Shown one piece after another: positions 31,680-39,049 of a stretch of DNA of 39,049 bases. Position numbers and translations under genes: made by a program. Within the stretch, counting starts at the first letter, position 1. Every line of letters begins with the position of its first letter. This DNA comes from Candidatus Ruminimicrobiellum caprinum (GTDB taxonomy: Bacteria > Elusimicrobiota > Endomicrobiia > Endomicrobiales > Endomicrobiaceae): contig JAFPUA010000158.1 of assembly GCA_017413305.1 (NCBI GenBank), forward strand, positions 1 to 39,049, given 5' to 3'. Below the pieces are notes generated by a model, which saw only the letters and a program-made list of their open reading frames with translations, was not told the origin of the DNA and did not search any database.

Positions 31680-32108
31680 ATGATTGCCGTGAATAGAAAA
31701 CAAAAGAAGTTTGCAGATGAATACTTGATTGATTGCAATGCTACACAAGCGGCAATCAGGGCGGGTTATTCACCTAAGACAGCTAAACAGGTTGGTCAAA
31801 GGCTGTTGACAAATGTTGACCTTTCAACCTACATTGAACAGCAACTTGAACAGATTCACAATGAAAAAACCGCTGACGCTCAAGAAGTTCTTGAATATCT
31901 TACCGCTGTTATGCGGGGTGAACACACAGAACAGGCGCTTAGATTAGTTGGTGAAGGTATTCAAACAATAGATACTATGGAAGTTTCAGCTAAAGACAGA
32001 TTGAAAGCCGCTGAATTGATCGGTAAGCGCTATGGAATGTTCAAAGATAATGTGAATGTTGCCGGTTCTATTCCGGTTGTAATTGCGGATGATCTGGAAA
32101 CCGATTAA
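31680..32108 (+). CDS. terS: Terminase small subunit (Terminase_2 type)
   Basis: KQKKFADEYLIDCNATQAAIRAGYSPKTAKQVGQRLL is the characteristic N-terminal HTH of this family. Confidence 0.85.
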   Translation: MIAVNRKQKKFADEYLIDCNATQAAIRAGYSPKTAKQVGQRLLTNVDLSTYIEQQLEQIHNEKTADAQEVLEYLTAVMRGEHTEQALRLVGEGIQTIDTMEVSAKDRLKAAELIGKRYGMFKDNVNVAGSIPVVIADDLETD

Positions 32109-32172
32109 TAACGGGTTAATAACACTATAACAAAGAAAACCCGGTATAATTGGATTCTGTTTCTATGTAACG

Positions 32173-33528
32173 ATGAAAACAAGAAATGAAGTCAGAATTT
32201 CCCTTAAAGAAGCTGTTGGAAAAGGCTATTATGATTTCTGGCATTTCAAAGGAAGGTATAGAGTAGTCAAGGGAAGCCGTGCTTCAAAGAAATCTAAAAC
32301 CGCTGCTTTGTGGTACATCGTGAACTTGATGAAATACAAAGAAGCTAACCTTCTGGTAATCCGCAAAACCTATAGAACCCTGAAAGATTCCTGTTACACG
32401 GAATTGAAATGGGCTGTACACAGGTTACAGGTTGATGATTTTTGGGATTTCAAGGAAAACCCGCTTGAAGCAACTTACAAGCCAACAGGCCAAAAGATTT
32501 ACTTCCGGGGCTTGGATGATCCGTTAAAGGTTACTTCCGTGACTGTTGATGTTGGTTATCTTTGCTGGATGTGGATTGAAGAAGCTTATGAAATCCTGAA
32601 AGAAGAAGATTTTGAAACCCTTGATGAATCTATCAGGGGTTTTGTTCCCCCGGAACTATTCAAACAAATTACCTTTACTTTTAACCCATGGAATGAAAAA
32701 CATTGGATGAAACACCGATTCTTTGATGATCTGGTTGGTTATGATTCCGATGGTAAGCCCATTTACAAAGCACGGGAAAATCCGCTTTCGGAAGATGAGG
32801 ATATTTTAGCCCTAACAACCAATTACCTTTGTAATGAATTTCTGGATGAAGCAGATATAAAGGTTTTTGAGAAGATGAAAAAGAACAACCCCCGCCGCTA
32901 TGCCGTTGCCGGTTTAGGTGGATGGGGTGTTGTTGATGGGCTGGTTTATGAAAATTGGGTTGAACAAAGCTTTGAACTGATAACCAAGAAAGATTTCTTA
33001 AAGCTGGATGAAGCACAACAGAAATCTAAGAATTGGGTGTTCCGGGATAATCTGCAACCGGCTTTTGGTTTGGACTTTGGTTATACAAATGACCCTTCTG
33101 CTTTGTTTGCCGGGTTGATTGATCTGGAAAACCAAATAATCTATGTACTTGATGAACTGTATGAACAAGGATTATCAAACAAGCGGATTTATGAACGGAT
33201 CACCGGGATGGGCTATGGAAAAGAAGCAATCACCGGTGATTCAGCAGAACCCAAAAGCATTGATGAATTGCGTGGTTTAGGTTTGAGGATAACCGGCGCT
33301 AAGAAAGGTAAGGATTCTGTAAACAACGGAATTCAATGGATTCAAGAATACAAAATCATTGTACACCCCCGGTGTGTAAACTTCCTTACCGAAATCAGTA
33401 ATTACCAATGGCAAAAAGATAAGTTTGGGAAAAAGTTGAATGTTCCCATTGACGATTTCAATCACCTTATGGATGCTATGCGCTATGGCCTTGAAAAATA
33501 CATTCTTGGTGGGCGCTGGATGTTTTAA
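32173..33528 (+). CDS. terL: Terminase large subunit (PBSX/Terminase_3-like, headful type)
   Basis: 451 aa with a Walker A-like VKGSRASKKSKTAAL. An acidic nuclease region lies in the C-terminal half. Position follows TerS. Confidence 0.85.
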   Translation: MKTRNEVRISLKEAVGKGYYDFWHFKGRYRVVKGSRASKKSKTAALWYIVNLMKYKEANLLVIRKTYRTLKDSCYTELKWAVHRLQVDDFWDFKENPLEATYKPTGQKIYFRGLDDPLKVTSVTVDVGYLCWMWIEEAYEILKEEDFETLDESIRGFVPPELFKQITFTFNPWNEKHWMKHRFFDDLVGYDSDGKPIYKARENPLSEDEDILALTTNYLCNEFLDEADIKVFEKMKKNNPRRYAVAGLGGWGVVDGLVYENWVEQSFELITKKDFLKLDEAQQKSKNWVFRDNLQPAFGLDFGYTNDPSALFAGLIDLENQIIYVLDELYEQGLSNKRIYERITGMGYGKEAITGDSAEPKSIDELRGLGLRITGAKKGKDSVNNGIQWIQEYKIIVHPRCVNFLTEISNYQWQKDKFGKKLNVPIDDFNHLMDAMRYGLEKYILGGRWMF

Positions 33529-33571
33529 TTAATATCGAATTGATAACAGGTTAATATCATGCAAGCCGAAT

Positions 33572-33600
33572 AAGCCCTATATTTCAAGGGCTTGTTTCTA
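33572..33600 (+). terminator. Hairpin with a T-rich tail after terL
   Basis: The arm aagccct (33572..33578) pairs with agggctt (33587..33593). It is followed by gtttctattt. Confidence 0.45.
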
Positions 33601-33622
33601 TTTAGCAATAGAAGGGGTTTCA

Positions 33623-33778
33623 ATGTATCTTCATGAAGTGCTTTCAGATGTAAGAATTCATTTAGTGGTTGCTATTTATATGGTTGGAGTAGCAACCGGA
33701 TTAATCCCTTCAACCTTGCTTTTATTTCTGGAAGAATGGAAAGCAAGTAAAAAGAAAGGTAAACACCAAAAGGATTAA
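33623..33778 (+). CDS. Small membrane protein (51 aa)
   Basis: Absent from the track. RBS gaagggg upstream. One TM segment (VVAIYMVGVATGLIPSTLLLFL) and a basic tail. Confidence 0.35.
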   Translation: MYLHEVLSDVRIHLVVAIYMVGVATGLIPSTLLLFLEEWKASKKKGKHQKD

Positions 33779-33782
33779 GGGT

Positions 33783-34109
33783 ATGCAGATTGTAATTAAC
33801 GGGTTGACTTGGAAAGTTCTAAATGCAAACCCGAATAGTGATAATTTGAAAGATTCAAGGGATGTTCCATGTTTCGGAATTACAAGCTTTCCCCGGTTGA
33901 CTATTTATCTTAGGAACGACCAAACAAAAGCCTTATACCGGCAAACACTGATTCATGAACTTGTTCATGCTTATACTTTTTCTTTCGGTGTTCATCTTTA
34001 TGCTGATGATAATACAGAAGAAAGCGTGTGTGATTTCTTTGGGGCTAATGCCGATAAAATAATCACACACGCTAATCAAATTATGGAAAAACTATTTAGA
34101 AAGGGGTGA
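33783..34109 (+). CDS. Small HExxH protein (minimal zinc metallopeptidase-like)
   Basis: 108 aa with LIHELVHAY. It lies between terL and the portal gene. Confidence 0.45.
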   Translation: MQIVINGLTWKVLNANPNSDNLKDSRDVPCFGITSFPRLTIYLRNDQTKALYRQTLIHELVHAYTFSFGVHLYADDNTEESVCDFFGANADKIITHANQIMEKLFRKG

Positions 34110-35593
34110 AACCAATGCTTAGTATTCAAGAAATCAAGCGTTTTATGGAAGAAGATTTTTCAAGTGAAAAGAAGCGCTTTGCAAGACAGGGTTTGAAATA
34201 TTATGAAGGTGAACATGATATTCTGAATTATCAGATTTATTACTATGATGCAGATGGTCAGTTACAGCTTGATAAATTCAAATCCAATATCCGTATTTCA
34301 CACCCCTTCTTTACTGAATTGGTAGACCAACAGATTCAATATATGCTTTCCGGTGATGGTAATATAATCCGGTCGGATAATTCAGCCCTTCAAACGGAAC
34401 TTGATGATTATTTCAATGATGATTTCTATTCTGAAATCTATGAACTTTTACAGGGTACGGTTTCCAAGGGCTTTGAATATATGTATGCTGTTACTGATTC
34501 AAAAGGAAAGACCCGGTTTGAATGTGCCGATTCTATGGGTGTGGTTGAAATCCGTGCTAAAGATACGGATGATAAATGTGAATACTACATTTATTGGTAT
34601 ATTGATCGGATTGAAAAGGGTAAGAAGGAAATCAAAAGAATACAGGTTTGGGATAATCAACAGGTTTATTTCTATGTTCAAGATGGAAAAGGTAAGATTA
34701 AACTTGATGAAGATGCCGAATTAAACCCCCGCCCCCATACGATTTACACCGATAAGAAAGGTGAAAAGTTTGGGAAGGGCTTTGGTTTTATTCCCTTCTG
34801 GCGGCTGGATAACGGAAGAAAGCAGTTTTCCGGGTTGAAACCTATTAAAACCCTTATTGATGATTATGATTTAATGGCTTGCAGCCTTTCCAACAACCTT
34901 CAAGATTTCACGGATGCTCTTTATGTGGTTGCCGGTTTTCAAGGTCAAAATCTGGATGAAATGATTCAGAACATCAAAGCTAAAAAGCATATTGGCGTTG
35001 ATGGGGGTGGAACGGTTGATATAAAAACCGTTAATATTCCGCATGAAGCCCGAATTGCAAAGCTTGAACTTGATGAAAAGAACATTTACCGGTTTGGAAT
35101 GGGATTCAATAGCGCTCAGTTAGGGGATGGAAACATCACTAACATTGTTATTAAATCCCGGTATGCGCTGCTTGATCTGAAATGTAATAAGCTTGAAATT
35201 CGCTTGAAGCAGTTCCTTAGAAAGTTGATTTCCGTTGTTCTGGATGAAATCAATACCCGGAACAAAACGGATTATCAGATGAAGGATGTTTATTTTGTGT
35301 TTGATCGTGAAGTTATGACCAATGCACAGGATAATGCAACCATTGAAAAGACAGATGCCGAAAAGCAGCAGATTCAGATTAATACCCTTCTTACTTTGAC
35401 TAATGTCTTTGATAAAGAAACCCTTGTTCAAATGATCTGTGATATTCTGGATATTGATTATGAGGATATTAAAGATAAGCTTCCCAAAGGTGAAGAAGAA
35501 CCGGAAAAGGATATAACCGATGCTGAAAACCTGTTGAATGGAGTTGGTGCAAATGGCATTGAACAAACGGGAACAGGAAGTTCAACAGGCTAA
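34106..35593 (+). CDS. Portal protein (SPP1 gp6-like)
   Basis: 495-aa ORF after the terminase and before the MuF-like gene. The size and acidic C-terminus are typical. Confidence 0.8.
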   Translation: MKPMLSIQEIKRFMEEDFSSEKKRFARQGLKYYEGEHDILNYQIYYYDADGQLQLDKFKSNIRISHPFFTELVDQQIQYMLSGDGNIIRSDNSALQTELDDYFNDDFYSEIYELLQGTVSKGFEYMYAVTDSKGKTRFECADSMGVVEIRAKDTDDKCEYYIYWYIDRIEKGKKEIKRIQVWDNQQVYFYVQDGKGKIKLDEDAELNPRPHTIYTDKKGEKFGKGFGFIPFWRLDNGRKQFSGLKPIKTLIDDYDLMACSLSNNLQDFTDALYVVAGFQGQNLDEMIQNIKAKKHIGVDGGGTVDIKTVNIPHEARIAKLELDEKNIYRFGMGFNSAQLGDGNITNIVIKSRYALLDLKCNKLEIRLKQFLRKLISVVLDEINTRNKTDYQMKDVYFVFDREVMTNAQDNATIEKTDAEKQQIQINTLLTLTNVFDKETLVQMICDILDIDYEDIKDKLPKGEEEPEKDITDAENLLNGVGANGIEQTGTGSSTG

Positions 35594-37313
35594 TCTTGAT
35601 GCTGAAAAGGTTCTTCTGAAACAACTGCAAGCTTGTTACCGCAAAGCCCAAAGTGATTGTGTTGCCCGGATTCAAGAATTAGCCGGTAGAACTGATATGG
35701 AAAACATTCAGGCTATTGTTTTCCAAGTACAGTATCAGAAAGCTATCATGCAGCAGATAGGCGGTATTCTGGACACGCTGCAAACAACCCAATTTACTTC
35801 CGTTGCGGATTACCTAACTACTTCCTATGAAAATGGGTGGGTTGGTGCTTTCTATGATCTGCAAGGGCAAGGAATACCGCTAATCTTTCCGGTAAATCAG
35901 GAACAGGTTGTTCAAGCAATTCAAAATGATGCTAAACTTTCCAAGTCTTACTATGATAGGCTTGGTGAAGATGTGGCCTTTCTGAAAAAAGCGGTAAAGG
36001 CACAAGTATCACGGGGGATTGCAAACGGTTCTTCATGGTTTCAGGTAGCACAGGAATTACATAACAAAATGACAAACCCTTTCGGTAACGCTTTGTATAA
36101 CGCTATGCGGATTGCGAGAACGGAAGGGCATAGGGTTCAACAGCAATCCCAATGGAACGCTATCAATGAAGCGAAAAAGGCCGGGTGTGATATTGTCAAA
36201 CAGTGGGATTCCACCCTTGACGGAAGGACACGTTCAACCCATGCCCGGTTAGATGGTCAAATCCGGGAAATTGATGAACCCTTTGAAGTGGACGGTAAAA
36301 AAGCAATGTACCCCGGCGCTTTCGGCAGACCGGAAGAAGATATACATTGCCGGTGCTGTTGCGCTCAAAGGGCAAAATGGGCGCTTGATGAAGATGAACT
36401 AAAGATTCTTCAAGAAAGGGCTGATTTTTACGGCTTAGATAAAACCGCTGATTTTGAAGAATTTAAGCAGCGGTTCAATATCGCAACCACTAAGATTCAG
36501 CTTCCTATAGGAAACCCAAACGGGAATTTAGCTGTTGGTTATGGTCAGGATTTCTATTCTGAAATCAGGCAGCGGGTAGCAGATTGCCCCGATGATGCAG
36601 CGGTAAGACTTTGGGAACAGTATGAAGATGCTGTTAAGGTTGGTGACCCCAATTATAAAGGTCGGGCTTATGCACAAGCGGGAAGGGTTTACATTGATAA
36701 GGGTGTTGCCGAAAAAGGAACTTCTTATCAAAACCCGTTTCAGGTTGTTTTCCATGAATGCGGTCATGCTATAGATTACCTTGCCCGGAAGCTTGGTGTT
36801 GGAAGCGGATATTTCTATTCAAGCACCTATGAAAATGGGAAGTTTCCAAAAACAATCCGGGATGAGGTTTCAGCGTGGGTGTCAAGGCTTGATAAACAAT
36901 TCAAAGCAGAGTTCAAAGCCCATAAAGGGGATTATGTTTGGTTACACGACAACGGTTATATTGATGATTGGTTGTTTAGAGTAATGTACCAAGATGGGGT
37001 TTGGACGGGTGGAGATGTAACATATTCTAAAGCACACGCATATGCAGCGGTTGAACGGGAAATAAGAAGTATTCCCGCATTGTCAAGGGCTGATTTATCT
37101 GATATAGTGGAAGGTGCGACAAAAGGCCGGGTTCAAGCTGGGTTTGGTCATGGTAAAAGCTATTGGAGCGGTTCAGATGAAAACTTAGCTACAGAAGCTT
37201 TTGCAGAAATGTTAGATTCCACTTTCGGTAACCCGGATTCCCTTGAAGTAATCAAGAAATACCTTCCTGAATCCTATCAGGTATTTCAAGAAATGCTTGC
37301 CGCTATACCGTGA
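35538..37313 (+). CDS. MuF/SPP1 gp7-like head morphogenesis protein fused to a C-terminal HExxH domain
   Basis: The MuF core is ...ARTEGHRVQQQ...WDSTLDGRTRSTHARLDGQ...DIHCRCC. The C-terminal ~270 aa contain FHECGHAIDY (36753..36767) and ATEAFAEML. The likely start is the ATG at 35553 (MALNKRE). Confidence 0.8.
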   Translation: MELVQMALNKREQEVQQANLDAEKVLLKQLQACYRKAQSDCVARIQELAGRTDMENIQAIVFQVQYQKAIMQQIGGILDTLQTTQFTSVADYLTTSYENGWVGAFYDLQGQGIPLIFPVNQEQVVQAIQNDAKLSKSYYDRLGEDVAFLKKAVKAQVSRGIANGSSWFQVAQELHNKMTNPFGNALYNAMRIARTEGHRVQQQSQWNAINEAKKAGCDIVKQWDSTLDGRTRSTHARLDGQIREIDEPFEVDGKKAMYPGAFGRPEEDIHCRCCCAQRAKWALDEDELKILQERADFYGLDKTADFEEFKQRFNIATTKIQLPIGNPNGNLAVGYGQDFYSEIRQRVADCPDDAAVRLWEQYEDAVKVGDPNYKGRAYAQAGRVYIDKGVAEKGTSYQNPFQVVFHECGHAIDYLARKLGVGSGYFYSSTYENGKFPKTIRDEVSAWVSRLDKQFKAEFKAHKGDYVWLHDNGYIDDWLFRVMYQDGVWTGGDVTYSKAHAYAAVEREIRSIPALSRADLSDIVEGATKGRVQAGFGHGKSYWSGSDENLATEAFAEMLDSTFGNPDSLEVIKKYLPESYQVFQEMLAAIP

Positions 37314-37326
37314 AAGGATGAAGCTT

Positions 37327-37488
37327 ATGGATGATTTGTTACTTGAATACCGTGATAAGTTCGGTGAAAACTTCCCTATTTTCTGCTTTATGGGGATTGA
37401 TGAAGAAGAAGTGAAAAAGGTAATCCGTGAATGTCTGGATGAAGGGGTTGCTTTTGATACTGATTCAATCCCGAATGAAGTTTATTGA
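37327..37488 (+). CDS. Small acidic protein immediately downstream of the MuF fusion
   Basis: ATG at 37327 after the RBS gaaagga. Sequence MDDLLLEYRDKFGENFPIFCFMGIDEEEVKK.... The track ORF begins at 37297. Confidence 0.4.
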   Translation: MDDLLLEYRDKFGENFPIFCFMGIDEEEVKKVIRECLDEGVAFDTDSIPNEVY

Positions 37489-37503
37489 ACTTCATATTTC
37501 AAT

Positions 37504-37540
37504 AAAACCCGTCTTTTCCTTTTGGGAAGGGCGGTTTTTA
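37504..37540 (+). terminator. Imperfect hairpin with a T-rich 3' arm (terminator-like)
   Basis: The sequence aaaacccgtcttttcc-tttt-gggaagggcggtttt folds with one bulge and G:U pairs. Confidence 0.4.
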
Positions 37541-37677
37541 TATGCCCGAAAACAGATTAAAGGCGCTTAAACTATGATCTGAATATTACCGCTTGGAACA
37601 GCGGATATACAAATAGTTCCTTGCCGGTGGAAGAAACCACACTTAAAAACAAGGGCAATAAAGAAAGGGTGAAAACC

Positions 37678-38340
37678 ATGGAATTTCTGAAAGCTATTTT
37701 GGGTGATGATCTGTATAAACAGATTGAAACAGCGTTGAACACCTATAACGGCAACCCGGAAAACAAGGATAAGCAGATTAAGCTTGCTAATCTTGCAACC
37801 GGTGAATATGTCGGAAAGGGTAAGTATTCGACACTGGAAGCAGAAAAGGCAACCGCTGATTCCAAGCTTGCGGAAGCTAACACCCTTATTGAGCAGCTTA
37901 AAAAGGCCGCTAAAGGGGATGAAGGCTTACAGGGCAAGGTTACCGCTTATGAAGCGAAGATTACCGAGTTGGAACAGCAGCTTGCCGAAACTAAGCTTGA
38001 TGCCGCTATCAAGGTTGGTTTGCTTGCTGAAAAGGCTGTTGATGTGGATTACCTTACCTTCAAGCTGAAAGAAAAGGATGAAAAACTTGAACTTGATGAA
38101 CAGGGTAATATCAAGGGATGGGCTGATAAGGTAGCTGCTTTGAAAACCCAGCTTCCCGCCCAGTTTAACACCGATGCCGGGAATGGTAGTGGTTTTGAAG
38201 GGTTTAGGCCGCTGGATAAGGACGGTAAACCCGCTGAAAAAGCACTTACCAAGGAAGAATTTTTGAAAAGACCTTACCGGGAACAGTTAAAGTATTACAA
38301 CGAAAACCCCGAAGGTTATGCAGAACTAATGAAATCTTAA
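37678..38340 (+). CDS. Scaffolding protein (GP20-like)
   Basis: ATG at 37678 after the RBS aaagaaagggtg. Sequence MEFLKAILGDDLYKQIE.... Coiled-coil, rich in Ala, Glu and Lys. Directly upstream of the capsid gene. Confidence 0.6.
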   Translation: MEFLKAILGDDLYKQIETALNTYNGNPENKDKQIKLANLATGEYVGKGKYSTLEAEKATADSKLAEANTLIEQLKKAAKGDEGLQGKVTAYEAKITELEQQLAETKLDAAIKVGLLAEKAVDVDYLTFKLKEKDEKLELDEQGNIKGWADKVAALKTQLPAQFNTDAGNGSGFEGFRPLDKDGKPAEKALTKEEFLKRPYREQLKYYNENPEGYAELMKS

Positions 38341-38360
38341 TTTTGAAAGGATAATGAAAA

Positions 38361-39049
38361 ATGGCTAACTCTTATACTCACCTTTCCGATGTAATCAACC
38401 CCGAAGTAATGGGCAATCTGATTGAAGCTAAGATTGCCGCCCTTTGTAAGCTGCTTCCTTATGCCAAGGTAGATACAAGCCTTGTCGGTGTTCCCGGTGA
38501 TACCAAGACTGTTCCCGCATGGAACTATATTGGTGATGCCGAAGATTTTGACGTTGAAGCCCATTCCGATGCCGGTACGGAAATGGAAACCACCCGCCTT
38601 ACCGCTGGTAAGACCACTTTCACTATCAAATGTGCGGGTAAGTCTGTTTCCATTCTTCAGACCGCTATCAATTCTGGCCTTGGTGACCCGGTTGGTCAGG
38701 CCAATGTTCAGCTTGCCAAATCCATTGTTGGTAAGACCGACAATGATCTTATGGCGGCTATTATTGCCGGTGCGGATGGTGCAACCATTCAGGTTGTCGG
38801 CGCTGGCGCTTCCGTTATCAGCTACAACGGTATTGTCGATGCCGTGACCAAGTTCCTTGATGAAGAAGATGGTGTTGACAAGGTTCTGTTCATCCACCCG
38901 GAACAGGAAGCAACCCTTCTGAAAGACAGCAACTTTATCAGCGCTGATAAGTTTGAAGCCGGTGTTGCTGTTAACGGTTCTATCGGTAAGATTGCCGGTG
39001 CTTGGATTAAGAAATCCAAGAAGGTTGAAAAGCGGGATGCCGTTACCGC
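38361..39049 (+). CDS. Major capsid protein, N-terminal part (runs off the window end and continues at 142..688)
   Basis: ATG at 38361 after the RBS gaaaggat. The frame has no stop to the end of the window. The track misses it because it is open-ended. Confidence 0.8.
   Translation, partial: MANSYTHLSDVINPEVMGNLIEAKIAALCKLLPYAKVDTSLVGVPGDTKTVPAWNYIGDAEDFDVEAHSDAGTEMETTRLTAGKTTFTIKCAGKSVSILQTAINSGLGDPVGQANVQLAKSIVGKTDNDLMAAIIAGADGATIQVVGAGASVISYNGIVDAVTKFLDEEDGVDKVLFIHPEQEATLLKDSNFISADKFEAGVAVNGSIGKIAGAWIKKSKKVEKRDAVT
38909..39049. repeat. Terminal overlap, identical to 1..141
   Basis: See the feature at 1..141. Confidence 0.95.

Noticed and set aside
31501-31748. ORFs 31501..31683 (+, 60 aa) and 31530..31748 (-, 72 aa)
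   Set aside because: They cover the promoter and hairpin leader upstream of terS, have no RBS, and their sequence is dominated by the inverted repeats.
38337-38897. 186-aa minus-strand ORF (also 154..438 minus, 94 aa) antisense to the capsid gene
   Set aside because: It lies opposite a well-supported capsid ORF, has no RBS, and its composition is typical of antisense frames of GC-biased coding sequence.

Overview
The window is one complete, circularly closed genome (about 38.9 kb) of a temperate, siphovirus-like phage from a low-GC Gram-positive, Clostridia-like host. Bases 1..141 are identical to 38909..39049, so the ends overlap, and the major capsid gene is split across the window boundary. 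The gene order is modular. Head-tail joining and tail genes occupy 0.7-10.2 kb, including a tape measure and a chaperone with a likely -1 frameshift. A diversity-generating retroelement (DGR) sits at 10.06-11.74 kb. Two XkdX-like genes, a holin and a CHAP endolysin follow at 12-13.7 kb. The lysogeny module (tyrosine integrase, XRE repressor) is on the minus strand at 13.8-16.1 kb. The early and replication module spans 16.3-30.8 kb: SprT-like protein, a broken C5-methyltransferase-like gene, HTH regulators, a pentapeptide-repeat protein, SNF2 helicase, VRR-NUC, a Cas4-like/AAA_24 fusion, DUF669-like protein, family B polymerase, P4-type primase-helicase, HD hydrolase and a ThyX-like protein. 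The late and packaging module spans 31.1-39 kb: sigma-like regulator, TerS, TerL, portal, MuF-like protein, scaffold and capsid. The strongest system-level signal is the DGR. A 142-bp variable region (VR) at the 3' end of the tail-fibre gene and a 142-bp template region (TR) 265 bp downstream differ almost only at TR adenines, and a DGR-type reverse transcriptase follows. No Avd-like accessory gene is visible. Other signals worth a second look are listed here. Two dispersed intergenic arrays of the hexamer GTTCCG/CGGAAC flank AT-rich cores at 15.0-15.2 kb and 30.8-31.1 kb. A methyltransferase-like gene is interrupted at two poly-C tracts. A promoter followed by two terminator-like hairpins precedes the terminase genes. 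A MuF protein carries a C-terminal HExxH domain and is followed by a small acidic ORF. A protein is built on 17 near-identical 15-bp repeats. All calls come from reading the sequence and the ORF track; no database search was run.
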